DNA of 64,000 nt from Phormidium sp. (GCA_051013385.1 CP143273.1:1376001-1440000), one strand, 5' to 3'; shown: positions 50,392-61,897, numbered from the stretch's first letter. The notes: a model not told the origin generated them from the letters alone. Made by a program: numbers and translations.

Positions 50392-51384
50392 TTACTCAAT
50401 TCTATCTTGTGGTTGTCCGGGTGTATCTATATTATTGACAAAAGTATAAACAATGCCAAAAACCACGAAAAAGCTTAAAGCAAAACCGCTCAAAGATAAT
50501 AATACTAACCGACCATAATTGACTGGTTGATTAATATTAATATAGTTATCTCTTGAAAAATCTCTCCTGACTAAAACAGGTTCTTGTAAAGTTTTTAATG
50601 CTTCTCTAGCAGAATTAAATCGCTTTTCTGCTGCTGAGGCGGTGAGTTTTTCTAACCAACTGTTAAAGCCGGGACTTAAGAGGATTTTATCAGCAAATTC
50701 AATTCGTATTTGTTGGGTCATATCGGTTGGAGGAATACCTGTTAATAAATGAATTAAAGTTGCTCCCAGCGCATACAAATCTGAGGCGGGAACTGCTTTT
50801 CCCCATAATTGTTCCGGGGGAACATAACCATTTGTACCGACTACAGTAAAGGTAACTCCTTCGGCTTTTGCTTTGTCTTGAACTGCACCAAAATCTACTA
50901 AATAAATTTTGCGGTCTTTGCCTAAAATTAAGTTACTAGGTTTAATATCTCGGTGTAATACTGGGGGACTTAATTCATGTAAATAAATTAAAATTTCTAA
51001 TATTTGGATAGCAAAAGAACGTACTTCTGGGGGATAAAAAATTCTTCTTTGGTTGAGCATTTCTTGTAAGGAAGTCCCCGGAATATAATTCTGCACTAAG
51101 CCAAACCAAAGTAACCCGGTACTTGTTTGTTCATCAATAGAAAAATAGTCAATATATTGGGGAATTTTCGGGTTATTTAGATTAGCTAGGACTTGAGCTT
51201 CTCTTTCAAAAAGTTTTATTTCTTGCCAATCTATTTGGGGACTAACAGCTAATAATTTGACAATTACTAACTGTTTAGATTCGGATAAAATGTCTTCTGC
51301 TAACCAAGTTTGTCGTCCGGCATTTTTGCCTAATTGCTTTTTTAGTTGATAGCGATCGCTTAAAATTACTTGAGTATCTAGCAT
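50392..51384 (-). CDS. Ser/Thr protein kinase with a single C-terminal TM
   Basis: HRDIKPSN, DFG, GTNGYVPPE. Confidence 0.92.
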   Translation of the reverse strand: MLDTQVILSDRYQLKKQLGKNAGRQTWLAEDILSESKQLVIVKLLAVSPQIDWQEIKLFEREAQVLANLNNPKIPQYIDYFSIDEQTSTGLLWFGLVQNYIPGTSLQEMLNQRRIFYPPEVRSFAIQILEILIYLHELSPPVLHRDIKPSNLILGKDRKIYLVDFGAVQDKAKAEGVTFTVVGTNGYVPPEQLWGKAVPASDLYALGATLIHLLTGIPPTDMTQQIRIEFADKILLSPGFNSWLEKLTASAAEKRFNSAREALKTLQEPVLVRRDFSRDNYININQPVNYGRLVLLSLSGFALSFFVVFGIVYTFVNNIDTPGQPQDRIE

Positions 51385-51399
51385 TAGCTTTTCCTCTGT

Positions 51400-52830
51400 T
51401 TAGATTTGCTCAATCCAGTCTTGCATTTGTTGACTTAACCAGTGACGTTCTGTTTCATTCAACTCTTGACCAAAACCGTATTTTAAAAAGTTAGTGTCCA
51501 GAATTATTCCTTGATATTTTATGAGTTTGACTTGCTTAACTTCAGCAGTTTCTAAGTGATGTCGCCAATAAGTCCAGCCCCATAATTTCTGTTCTAATAC
51601 AAAGTTTTGGCGATCGCCAAAGATGCAGTAATCTGATACTCTTATTTTCCGAAACCGAAAGTGAGATAATAATTTAAATAATTCTTTGCTCAAAGATGAG
51701 CTAAATTTTTCCATAATCATAAATGTAAAAAATAGCATAGTTACTAGTACCAAGGCTAAGGAAAAGTTTAAATAATTGATAATAATAGCACTTAAAATTA
51801 CAGCCAGCGAGCTACCTAATAACAGAAAGACAACTAAAAGGCTGAAAAAAGATGATCCGGCTAAAATTAATTTTAGAACTAAGGCGATCGCATCGAAGAA
51901 AATCCAAAATCCTCGTCCGGGAATTTCCACTTTTAACTGAGTAGGAGATTGCCAAAGTTGAACATTACTCTCAGGAAATAGCGAAATTTTCTGTAGTGGT
52001 GCGTTCAAATAACGATCGGCTTTTAAATCAGTTAAAGCTGCTTGTGCAGTTTGATAACGTTGACTTAAATCAGGTGCGGTGAGTGCTTCAATCCAGTAAA
52101 CAAAGTTAGGATTAATACTAATGCGATCGCGAAATTGAATCTTTAAATTCTTTTGGGGTAAATCAGCAGGCATAACACCTGTTAAAATATGAATTAAAGT
52201 TGCACCGAACGAGTAAAGATCGGAAGCTGGAACCGCACGTCCCCAAAATTGTTCTAAAGGCGCATAACCCGCCGTACCCACAACAGTAAAAGTCACTCCT
52301 TCCATCGCACCTTGTTCTTGAACCGCACCAAAATCTACTAAATATATTTTGCGATCTTCCCCGAAAATTAGATTACTCGGTTTAATATCGCGATGCAACA
52401 CAGGTGGGGAGAGTTCGTGCAAATAACAGAGAATTTTTAAGAGTTGAACAGCTAGCGATCGCACTTCTTTTTCGGTAAAATGCCTCCCAGAATCTAACAA
52501 ATTTTGCAGCGACTTTCCCGGAATATAATCTTGCACCAAAGCAAACCAGTATAAACCAGAACCAGCCTGTTTATCTATAGAAAAATAATCCCGATATTTG
52601 GGAATACGGGGATGAGAAAGATTTTTTAAGACTTGCGCTTCCCGTTCAAAAAGTTTAAAATCTTCCCATTGCATTTCCGGGCTAAAAGCCAAGAATTTTA
52701 CAATTACTTTTTCCTCTGGCGACGCACTTTGATCGTAAGCAATCCAAGTTTGTCTTCCCGCATTCTGCGCTAAACATTCTTGCAGTTGGTATCTTCCCTG
52801 TAACAAATCCCCTGCTTGCAGCATCACCAC
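51400..52830 (-). CDS. Membrane Ser/Thr protein kinase
   Basis: HRDIKPSN, DFG, GTAGYAPLE; C-terminal TMs. Confidence 0.92.
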   Translation of the reverse strand: MVMLQAGDLLQGRYQLQECLAQNAGRQTWIAYDQSASPEEKVIVKFLAFSPEMQWEDFKLFEREAQVLKNLSHPRIPKYRDYFSIDKQAGSGLYWFALVQDYIPGKSLQNLLDSGRHFTEKEVRSLAVQLLKILCYLHELSPPVLHRDIKPSNLIFGEDRKIYLVDFGAVQEQGAMEGVTFTVVGTAGYAPLEQFWGRAVPASDLYSFGATLIHILTGVMPADLPQKNLKIQFRDRISINPNFVYWIEALTAPDLSQRYQTAQAALTDLKADRYLNAPLQKISLFPESNVQLWQSPTQLKVEIPGRGFWIFFDAIALVLKLILAGSSFFSLLVVFLLLGSSLAVILSAIIINYLNFSLALVLVTMLFFTFMIMEKFSSSLSKELFKLLSHFRFRKIRVSDYCIFGDRQNFVLEQKLWGWTYWRHHLETAEVKQVKLIKYQGIILDTNFLKYGFGQELNETERHWLSQQMQDWIEQI

Positions 52831-52918
52831 TCCTGGCAGACCTATTCTTTACTAATTTACCTGCAAATGCGAAAATCAGGTCTGTTGTGAACACTTTAGT
52901 GCTCTACTTACCTAAGAG

Positions 52919-52991
52919 TAGGACTAAAGTCCAACAACGAACTAGGACTAAAGTCCAACAACGAACTAGGACTAAAGTCCTTACAACGAAC
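52919..52991 (+). repeat. 24-bp REP-like unit in tandem x3
   Basis: TAGGACTAAAGTCCAACAACGAAC at 52919, 52943 and 52967 (third is a variant). Confidence 0.88.
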
Positions 52992-53003
52992 TTATGAAAA
53001 TCC

Positions 53004-54770
53004 CTAATCTCTAGCGAAGGGATTATACTGAAACGAGAAATAAAAACCTTGTTCTTGCAGAGTTCTTTCTCGCAACCCTGTACTAACTAAAGGTAAACCA
53101 TAGTCAAAACGGAAACGTAATCTTTCGCCCATTTGCCATTGTAAACCCACACCAACGGAAGCTATAGTACTAGGATCAGGGTTTTCTCGATCGCCATTAT
53201 TCCAAACTCTTCCCACATCAACAAAAGGAATAACTTGGAAAACTCCCGGACGATCGCGCAACCGATAAACTGGTATTCTAACTTCCACAGAACCTAAAAT
53301 GCCATTATCCGTAAGGAATAGATCTTGACGATAACCGCGCACACTTTCCGCACCACCTAAAGAAAACTGTTCTAAAGGTACGAGAGGGCGATCGGCTAAC
53401 TGCATATCTGCTCTAATTAATAAAATAGGAGCACCAGAAGTATCAGAAGCATTTCCGCCTAAAATACGTAACCATTGTGCTTGTCCGCGCCAAGAAAAAA
53501 ATCTACCATCAGGAGCACTTTCTCGAATTGAAGCATCAAAAGCCCCAACACCTAAGCTAAACTGTGACCTAGCCGCAAACACCGAACGACTTTCTCGCTG
53601 CGTCCATTCTTGGAAAAACCTAATTACTGCAAGGCGAGTTTGTCCCTGATCATTTGCACCCGGAGAAAGTTGAAAAGGTTCACCCAAAAGAGTAGTATTA
53701 CTTTCGCGACGATTCAAAGTTAAACCAAGGGCTAATTCTTGATTCGGAGTGAGAATTAGCGGTTGACGAAAAGACAATTCATAATCGTAAGATACCGCCC
53801 CAATATCAACTTCATCGAACGGTTCTTCAATAATACTGCTTTTAATCCAATCAAAACCCAAACGAATCGTACCATTGCGAGCGTTCACCGGAAAAATGTA
53901 ATTAGTTTCAAGTTGGTTACTACCATTAGTATTGGCGTAGTTAACCGAAAAAGTATCGCCATTCCCCGTTAAATTAGCTTGATTAATATTGAGTTGGCGG
54001 CGAAAAACACCCACACTGGGAGGACTATTATTATCTAAACTAATTGAAGCGCTAAAAGTTCTTTCCGGTCTAACCGTTACTTCTAAAATACTTGACCCCG
54101 GACTAGTACCCGCCGAAAGTTCCGCCGAGATATTTCTAATTAAAGGATTGAGTTGGAGTAATTGCAAAGATTGCAACAACCGATTAACATTTAAAGGAGT
54201 TTTGGCACCCAAACGGAGACGCGATCGCACATAATTAGGATTTAATCTCCCAGTACCAGTAACCCGAATCTCCTCAACCGAACCCTCAACCACACTAATT
54301 TTCACTACTCCACCCGTGAGAGTTTGCGGGGGAATAAACGCACCAGAAGTAATATAACCTTTACTAACATAAAGTTGAGTTACAGCCGATCGCGCCTGCA
54401 ACAACTGAGCAAAAGAAATCTTCCCCACAAAAAGTTTCAAAACTTCATCAAACTCTTCCTTACTAAAAACCGTACTCCCCTCAACCTCGTACCCCTTCAC
54501 ATCAATTTCCCCAGGAATATCACTAGGTAAAGCTTCAGGCGCACTTGGCGCAGGCGCAGAACCGGGCGGCGTAAGCAACTCCGACGGAGGCGGTAAAGGA
54601 GTAGGAGGCGGTAAAGGAGTCGGCGGCGTAGTTGGCGGTAAAGGAAGAGTGGGAAGAGGTTGGTTAGGGTTAATCTGTTGAGCAAATAATGGACTAGTGT
54701 TGCTGGCAAAACATATCAAATTCAGCAACGCAGCAGAAACCGGAATAGCGACTAACTTAGGCAACGTCAT
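53004..54770 (-). CDS. ShlB/FhaC/HecB (TpsB) outer-membrane transporter; likely start at 54770
   Basis: POTRA YVSKGYITS...VVEG, SVRGY loop, C-terminal FYFSFQY beta signal. Confidence 0.9.
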   Translation of the reverse strand: MTLPKLVAIPVSAALLNLICFASNTSPLFAQQINPNQPLPTLPLPPTTPPTPLPPPTPLPPPSELLTPPGSAPAPSAPEALPSDIPGEIDVKGYEVEGSTVFSKEEFDEVLKLFVGKISFAQLLQARSAVTQLYVSKGYITSGAFIPPQTLTGGVVKISVVEGSVEEIRVTGTGRLNPNYVRSRLRLGAKTPLNVNRLLQSLQLLQLNPLIRNISAELSAGTSPGSSILEVTVRPERTFSASISLDNNSPPSVGVFRRQLNINQANLTGNGDTFSVNYANTNGSNQLETNYIFPVNARNGTIRLGFDWIKSSIIEEPFDEVDIGAVSYDYELSFRQPLILTPNQELALGLTLNRRESNTTLLGEPFQLSPGANDQGQTRLAVIRFFQEWTQRESRSVFAARSQFSLGVGAFDASIRESAPDGRFFSWRGQAQWLRILGGNASDTSGAPILLIRADMQLADRPLVPLEQFSLGGAESVRGYRQDLFLTDNGILGSVEVRIPVYRLRDRPGVFQVIPFVDVGRVWNNGDRENPDPSTIASVGVGLQWQMGERLRFRFDYGLPLVSTGLRERTLQEQGFYFSFQYNPFARD

Positions 54771-54899
54771 AAAATTTAGAGATAAGTAACGGACAACACA
54801 ACTATCCATTGCAAAAGTAATTCCGTCCATAAAGTTTATCATCCACTACGAAATTTCCTGTATTTCGTCATAAATCTTACCCTTGTTATTCCCGAAAAT

Positions 54900-55054
54900 C
54901 ACTGAGTTAAGTAGGTAGATATAAATAAAGTGAAAACTATGGCGGGCTCTCCTGCCCACCCCACAAGAAAGCTGTAACTCTTGTGGGGTGGGCAGGAGAG
55001 CCCGCGCCCCATCCAAAGATAACTATTATCACTTTATTTATTTACACTGAGTTA
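54900..55054. mobile_element. MITE-like element with a 27-bp perfect internal hairpin
   Basis: IR 54942-54968 / 54979-55005; outer IR TAAATAAAGTGA/TCACTTTATTTA; CACTGAGTTA directly repeated at 54900 and 55045. Confidence 0.65.
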
Positions 55055-55094
55055 GCGACAAGGGAAAAATACTATGCTAGAAAGTTCTAGGTAA

Positions 55095-56381
<1,287 letters not shown>

Positions 56382-56384
56382 TAA

Positions 56385-56500
56385 GTACGTAGTTGCGCTT
56401 TAGCGCCAAAGCGCTGAAGCGCAACTACATACCAACTACCCAATGTACGTAGTTGCGCTTTAGCGCCAAAGCGCTGAAGCGCAACAACATACCAACTACC
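56385..56500. repeat. REP doublet duplicated in tandem (60-bp period)
   Basis: GTACGTAGTTGCGCTTTAGCGC-CAAA-GCGCTGAAGCGCAAC(T/A)ACATAC at 56385 and 56445. Confidence 0.88.
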
Positions 56501-56520
56501 AACTACCGAACACCAAAAAT

Positions 56521-57126
56521 ATGAAAGAGTGGATACTGCAAATCATGACTTCCCTCAATTATGTGGGAATTGGTTTATTGATGTTTTTAGAAAATTTATT
56601 TCCGCCCATACCTTCGGAATTAATTATGCCTTTGGCAGGGTTTACAATTTCCCAAGAAAAGATGGAATTTTTTCCCGCTATTTTCGCCGGAGTCTTGGGA
56701 ACAATGTTGGGTGCTTTGCCTTGGTATTATGTAGGTAAACTCGTCGGTGAAGAGAATATCAAACGGTTAGCTGATAAATATGGTAAGTGGATTTCAATTA
56801 GTAGAAAAGATATCGAAAAAGCAGACCAATGGTTTCACAGACACGGCGAAAAAGCCGTGTTTTTTGGTCGCTTAGTACCGGGAGTTCGCACTCTGATATC
56901 TTTGCCAGCAGGTATCAGCAATATGAACTTGATACCATTTTTAATTTATTCTACGATCGGCACGACAATTTGGGTAGGTTTTCTCACCTTCGCTGGCTAT
57001 AAATTAGGACAAAACTACGAATTAGTTGATGAGTATTTGGCACCTGTTTCTAAAATTGTCGCGGCGATTTTGGTAGTTGCTTTGATTATTTGGATTGTCA
57101 GAAAAAGAACGAGAAATCAAATGTAG
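56521..57126 (+). CDS. DedA family membrane protein
   Basis: LENLFPPIPSELIMP, FGRLVPGVRTLISLPAG. Confidence 0.92.
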   Translation: MKEWILQIMTSLNYVGIGLLMFLENLFPPIPSELIMPLAGFTISQEKMEFFPAIFAGVLGTMLGALPWYYVGKLVGEENIKRLADKYGKWISISRKDIEKADQWFHRHGEKAVFFGRLVPGVRTLISLPAGISNMNLIPFLIYSTIGTTIWVGFLTFAGYKLGQNYELVDEYLAPVSKIVAAILVVALIIWIVRKRTRNQM

Positions 57127-57150
57127 CCAAGAAATAAATAAAAGGGTAAA

Positions 57151-59898
57151 ATGGGAGGTTATCTCCTAGATAAAGATTACAAATTCATTGCCACAGAACC
57201 ATTAGGAAAAAGTGGTCAAAAGGGCGAACGCAAGGTTTGGGAAGCTGTCAAAAGCGTATTTTCTCAAAGGGAATGTATTGCTTATTGGCGCTATCCCATT
57301 TTTTGTGCGGTGAGGAAAGTTCGCAAAGAACCAGATATTTTAATTGCTGATATGGAACTTGGTCTAGTTGTAATTGAGGTAAAATCAATAACAATTGACC
57401 AAATTCTCGCTATTAATGGTCATCGGTGGGAGTTACGCAACTTTTATACTAATAACAGCAACCCTTACGAACAAGCGGAAAATCAATTGTTTGGGTTGTT
57501 GGGGTATTGCGATCGCGAACCCAACCTCCGCAGCCAAGTCAGTGGTAGAGTTATAGTAGCCTTACCCTTCATTTCCCAACAACAATGGCAAAACAAAGGT
57601 TTCGCTAAACTCCCCAGTTGTCCGCCTATCCTTTTCCAAGAAAATCTGTTTTTAGAAACCAAAAACTCCACATTTTTAGCTCAAATTTGCCAAACTTCCC
57701 CCATAATTAAAGGCAGAAAACTAAACCTAGAACAATGGAAACTACTCTTATCAGTATTAGGAGGAAACCCAGTTTTTCGCCGGAATAACCTCACCCCCTC
57801 AGTCCCCCTCTCCGTGAACGGAGAGGGGGAAGATAGAGGAGTATTTCCTCGCCTTTCTCTGCACAAACGAAGGGAAGTTATGGATGTATTTCCCCCCCTC
57901 TCCGTAGACGGAGAGGGGGAAGGGGGGAGAGGTTTTCGCGCCAGTATTTTAGAAAAAGTCAGACAAAACTTATCAGAATTCGACTTGCAACAAGAAAATA
58001 TTGGTAAACAAATTCCCCCCGGAATGCAAAGAATACGGGGAATAGCAGGTTCAGGAAAAACCGTTTTATTATGTCAAAAAGCAGCAAATATGCACTTAAA
58101 ATATCCCGAATGGGATATTGCTTTAGTGTTTTTTAGTCGCAGTTTATACGAACAAATAATTAACCAAATAGATAAATGGATACGCCGCTTTAGTCATAAC
58201 GAAGTTCAGTATAATCCCAACAATGAAAAGTTGCGCGTCCTTCATGCTTGGGGTGCAAAAAATCAACCCGGACTTTACAGCATCATTTGTGAAGCAGCAA
58301 ACGCCCCGAAATTAACTGTTTTTGATACCGAAAATAAACAACCAAATGAATCTTTAGCAGAAGTTTGTAGTTTTCTTTTGGAAAAAACCCAAATTCCCCA
58401 AATCTTTGATGCTATTTTAATTGATGAAGGTCAAGATTTGATGGTTGATGATGAGTTTAAATATCAAGATAAACAACCTTTTTATTGGATGGCGTATCAA
58501 GCATTACGACCTTTTGATGAACACCATCCCGAACAACGCCGCTTAATTTGGGCGTATGACGAAGCGCAAAGTTTAGACAGTTTAAATATTCCCACCGCAG
58601 GCGAGTTGTTTGGCGATGAATTGGCGCATTTAGTAACAGGTCAATATCCTGATGGTATCAAAAAAACGGAGATTATTCACCGCTGTTATCGTACTCCTGA
58701 CCCTATTGTAACTGCTGCTCATGCGATGAGTATGGGTTTGCTACGTCGCGGGGGAATGGTATCAGGCATTACCCGAACGGAAGATTGGAAAGCGTTAGGT
58801 TATGAAGTGCAAGGTCGGTTTACTCGCGGTCAACAAGTTACTCTCAAAAGATTGACCCAAGACTCTCCTAATATTATCACAAAACTTTGGAAAAAGCCAG
58901 TTTTAGAGTTTGAAACTTATGCTTCTCGACAGGCAGAGTTAAGGGCTTTAGCTGATAGTATTGTAAGGGATGTGTTGTGCGATCGCCTCCAACCCAGCAA
59001 AGAAATTTTGGTCATAGTTTTAGGTTCATTTTTCGAGGCGATGCGATTAGAAAATCATGTTGCTGAATTCTTAATGTCGGAAGGTATCGATATATTTATT
59101 CCGGGGACAAGTGATTGTAACATTTTAAAACCTGATTCAGAAAATAGCAACCGAAACAAATTCTGGTGTGAAGGCGGCGTTACCGTCTCCCGAATTCATC
59201 GCGCCAAAGGTAACGAAGCAGACATGGTTTATGTAATTGGTTTAGATAATATAGCCAAAGACGAAAGTAATATTAGATTAAGAAATCAACTTTTTATTGC
59301 TTTAACCAGAACTCGCGCTTGGGTGAAATTAAGCGGTGTTGGTAACTATCAAATGTATGAAGAAATGCACCGAGTAATTACCAGTAGCGACACTTTCACC
59401 TTTACCTTCAATCATCGCCCAAAACGCGAAATTAGCGTCACCGATGCCGGGGAATTGTTGAAAAGATACGCAGCAGGAGGGAGAAACTTTCAAAGTGCAG
59501 ATTTGCGAGGAATTCAGTTAGCTGGTGCTAATTTACGCAGTGCTAATTTAATTAGTGCTAAGTTGAACAACGCTAATTTAAGTAATGCCAAATTGGATAG
59601 CGCAAAATTGGTAATTGCCGATTTGAGTAACGCCAATTTAAGTAACGCCAGTTTGCGAAAAGCTAAATTAATGGGCGCAATTTTAAGAGATGCAAATTTA
59701 AGCGGCGCAGATTTAAGTCGGGCAGATTTAAGCGATGCAGATTTGCGAAATGCAAAGTTAGTTGGCGCGAATTTGTTGGGCGCAAATTTGAATGCTGCTG
59801 ATTTGAATAACGCGGATTTAACGGGTGCGAATATTGCGGGAGTTGAGTTGGGGGATGTGAGTTTGCTGGGGGTGAAAATGGGAGATGATAGGAATTAG
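57151..59898 (+). CDS. NERD nuclease + SF1 (UvrD-like) helicase + pentapeptide repeat fusion
   Basis: EPDILI...VIEVK, NPYEQA, GIAGSGKT, ILIDEGQD, IHRAKGNE, FIALTR, C-terminal A(N/D)L repeats. Confidence 0.87.
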   Translation: MGGYLLDKDYKFIATEPLGKSGQKGERKVWEAVKSVFSQRECIAYWRYPIFCAVRKVRKEPDILIADMELGLVVIEVKSITIDQILAINGHRWELRNFYTNNSNPYEQAENQLFGLLGYCDREPNLRSQVSGRVIVALPFISQQQWQNKGFAKLPSCPPILFQENLFLETKNSTFLAQICQTSPIIKGRKLNLEQWKLLLSVLGGNPVFRRNNLTPSVPLSVNGEGEDRGVFPRLSLHKRREVMDVFPPLSVDGEGEGGRGFRASILEKVRQNLSEFDLQQENIGKQIPPGMQRIRGIAGSGKTVLLCQKAANMHLKYPEWDIALVFFSRSLYEQIINQIDKWIRRFSHNEVQYNPNNEKLRVLHAWGAKNQPGLYSIICEAANAPKLTVFDTENKQPNESLAEVCSFLLEKTQIPQIFDAILIDEGQDLMVDDEFKYQDKQPFYWMAYQALRPFDEHHPEQRRLIWAYDEAQSLDSLNIPTAGELFGDELAHLVTGQYPDGIKKTEIIHRCYRTPDPIVTAAHAMSMGLLRRGGMVSGITRTEDWKALGYEVQGRFTRGQQVTLKRLTQDSPNIITKLWKKPVLEFETYASRQAELRALADSIVRDVLCDRLQPSKEILVIVLGSFFEAMRLENHVAEFLMSEGIDIFIPGTSDCNILKPDSENSNRNKFWCEGGVTVSRIHRAKGNEADMVYVIGLDNIAKDESNIRLRNQLFIALTRTRAWVKLSGVGNYQMYEEMHRVITSSDTFTFTFNHRPKREISVTDAGELLKRYAAGGRNFQSADLRGIQLAGANLRSANLISAKLNNANLSNAKLDSAKLVIADLSNANLSNASLRKAKLMGAILRDANLSGADLSRADLSDADLRNAKLVGANLLGANLNAADLNNADLTGANIAGVELGDVSLLGVKMGDDRN

Positions 59899-59922
59899 TA
59901 ATAAGAGCATTTTATTGGTTTC

Positions 59923-61632
59923 TTAAAGTAAACCAATAGCTCGACCATAGTTTTGAAACTTTTGGAGTACATAATTTGCTATATCAGCAGGGTTAACCCA
60001 TTTATTCCACATCAGTTCTAATCGAACTAATCCACTATCAGTTGTGCATAGTAAATCACTTCTAACAATTATATTTCCGCGAAGTAAAACCTCAGTTTTA
60101 AAAGAAGATATTAAATCGCAAGCTTTCAATCCTTCTCCAATAGCTTTATTCAGCAATTCGTCATTTTTCTGAGCAATTTCTGAAAGCTTTTCAAAACTTT
60201 GTCTACTTTCAGGGCTGGGGCGGCTGTGGGTACGGCTGAAAACTCTAGTAGTCTCTCCTTTAAAAGCCTTAGCTAACTCGCTCTCGTTTAAACGTTCACG
60301 TACTTTGCCATCCCTTCTGATCTTGATCTTGGCTTGCCTTATCTTTTCCCGTAATTTTTCATCAGCATACTCCATAATTAGCGCTCGTGCTGTAGCTATA
60401 GGTAGATAAATTATTCGGGCATCTAGCACTGTTCCAAGAATACCAACTTTATCAGAATCTTTTTTAAGATCTTCAATGACATTAGCTGCTGTAGAATTCA
60501 ACAAACAGGAGATATCTGCCTTTGAGTAACTTCCACGAGTCAGACTTTGTACATCTGGCTTTGGATCATTTCCTGCAATTACCACAATCCACATTCGGAA
60601 ATTCTCTTTAGGTAATAGCTTCTCTACATTTTTCTCATTTTTACGAAGCTCTTGACGAAGAAGACTCAAGTAAGCACCTATAGTATTGGCCTGTTGAATT
60701 AAGTCTACGGCGCGACTTTCTAAAACGCCTAAATCCACCAGAGAAGCACCTTCATTTAATGTCTCAATAGTACGAGTTGCAATCTCTATATACTGACTTT
60801 TGGGTGGCCCATTAAACCGATAGCTTGGCTCTCCTACTCCTAGAAGGGAGTCTGCACCAATACGCAGAGCTAAGTTAACAAGTATCTCTTGTAAATCATC
60901 AGCATTGCATGGCCAAACAATTAAACTTTTTTCCCCAGCACTTGAACGAATAAAGCTGTTAATTGAATGCAGGTCTTTCTCCAACTGATCTTCGGAAAAA
61001 TCCGTAAGAGCCTCCCGACCTTCGATAACAATTATTCGTAATTTTGCCCGTAGCACAGAATTCCGCAAAGCTGTCAAGGTTTGAGGTACTGGTTGATCAG
61101 ATTGAATTGAGATAGTTTCCACATCCTGTCTAAACAGATGAACTGTATGTAGAAAAGTCGATTTTCCAGATCCAGATGACCCTCTAAGTACCCAAAAAGC
61201 CCCTCGACCAGCAGCTATCATGTCACTGTAGGTGTCATCAAGGTGAGCTAAGGCATCTTCGACTGCCACAATAATGGTCTTTAATTCGTTTTTGTCCTTA
61301 GCACGTCTTTCCAGAACATCGAAGCGGTCGGGAACAAAAAGAACTAATCCTTCCTTGGAAGAAGAACCAGTATTACCTGGCTTATCTGATGTTACTAAAG
61401 TTGAATTTAATTGCTGAACTTTAGAATCATCAAAAGTCTTCAGTGAGATTGAAGCGGGATCTGACACTAGAGACTTTATTTCTTCCAATTCCTCTGATGA
61501 ATCAGAACAGGAGTTTTTCTGAGAGTACTCTGCTGTACGTCCAACATCTTGCTCTGATGTATCAAACAAGGATAGTTGAATGTACTCTGAGGAACCGTCA
61601 TCTGAGGAAGAATACTTGCGACGCTTTGGCAT
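59923..61632 (-). CDS. P-loop ATPase with a possible C-terminal restriction-endonuclease-like domain
   Basis: Walker A GSSGSGKST, Walker B-like IIVIEGRE, C-terminal RSDLLC...VRLELMW. Confidence 0.65.
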   Translation of the reverse strand: MPKRRKYSSSDDGSSEYIQLSLFDTSEQDVGRTAEYSQKNSCSDSSEELEEIKSLVSDPASISLKTFDDSKVQQLNSTLVTSDKPGNTGSSSKEGLVLFVPDRFDVLERRAKDKNELKTIIVAVEDALAHLDDTYSDMIAAGRGAFWVLRGSSGSGKSTFLHTVHLFRQDVETISIQSDQPVPQTLTALRNSVLRAKLRIIVIEGREALTDFSEDQLEKDLHSINSFIRSSAGEKSLIVWPCNADDLQEILVNLALRIGADSLLGVGEPSYRFNGPPKSQYIEIATRTIETLNEGASLVDLGVLESRAVDLIQQANTIGAYLSLLRQELRKNEKNVEKLLPKENFRMWIVVIAGNDPKPDVQSLTRGSYSKADISCLLNSTAANVIEDLKKDSDKVGILGTVLDARIIYLPIATARALIMEYADEKLREKIRQAKIKIRRDGKVRERLNESELAKAFKGETTRVFSRTHSRPSPESRQSFEKLSEIAQKNDELLNKAIGEGLKACDLISSFKTEVLLRGNIIVRSDLLCTTDSGLVRLELMWNKWVNPADIANYVLQKFQNYGRAIGLL

Positions 61633-61777
61633 CGTGTTTCAATAGATCTTTGATTTTCAACCTATTTTAGTTGAGAGTATGAACAAGAAGCAACAGCGAC
61701 AAAAAAAGCTAATTGATATACTCAAGCAAGTTTGGTGTTTAGAAGGTTAAGCTATTTTAGGCGATCGCACGTCCAAC

Positions 61778-61847
61778 CCCCCCACCCCACCCCAAAAAAG
61801 AAAATGCGATCGCCCTCTCTCCCTGCGAAAAACAGAGTGCGATCGCA
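61778..61847 (+). repeat. 70-bp HIP1-containing direct repeat, copy 1
   Basis: Five mismatches to 62661-62730 by manual alignment. Confidence 0.88.
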
Positions 61848-61897
61848 CCCACCAATTTAGTACACTTGTCACAAATCTTAAATCAGAGGACTATTTT

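Noticed and set aside
52919..52991. 24-bp repeats as a mini-CRISPR
   Set aside because: No spacers; the unit belongs to the dispersed REP-like family.
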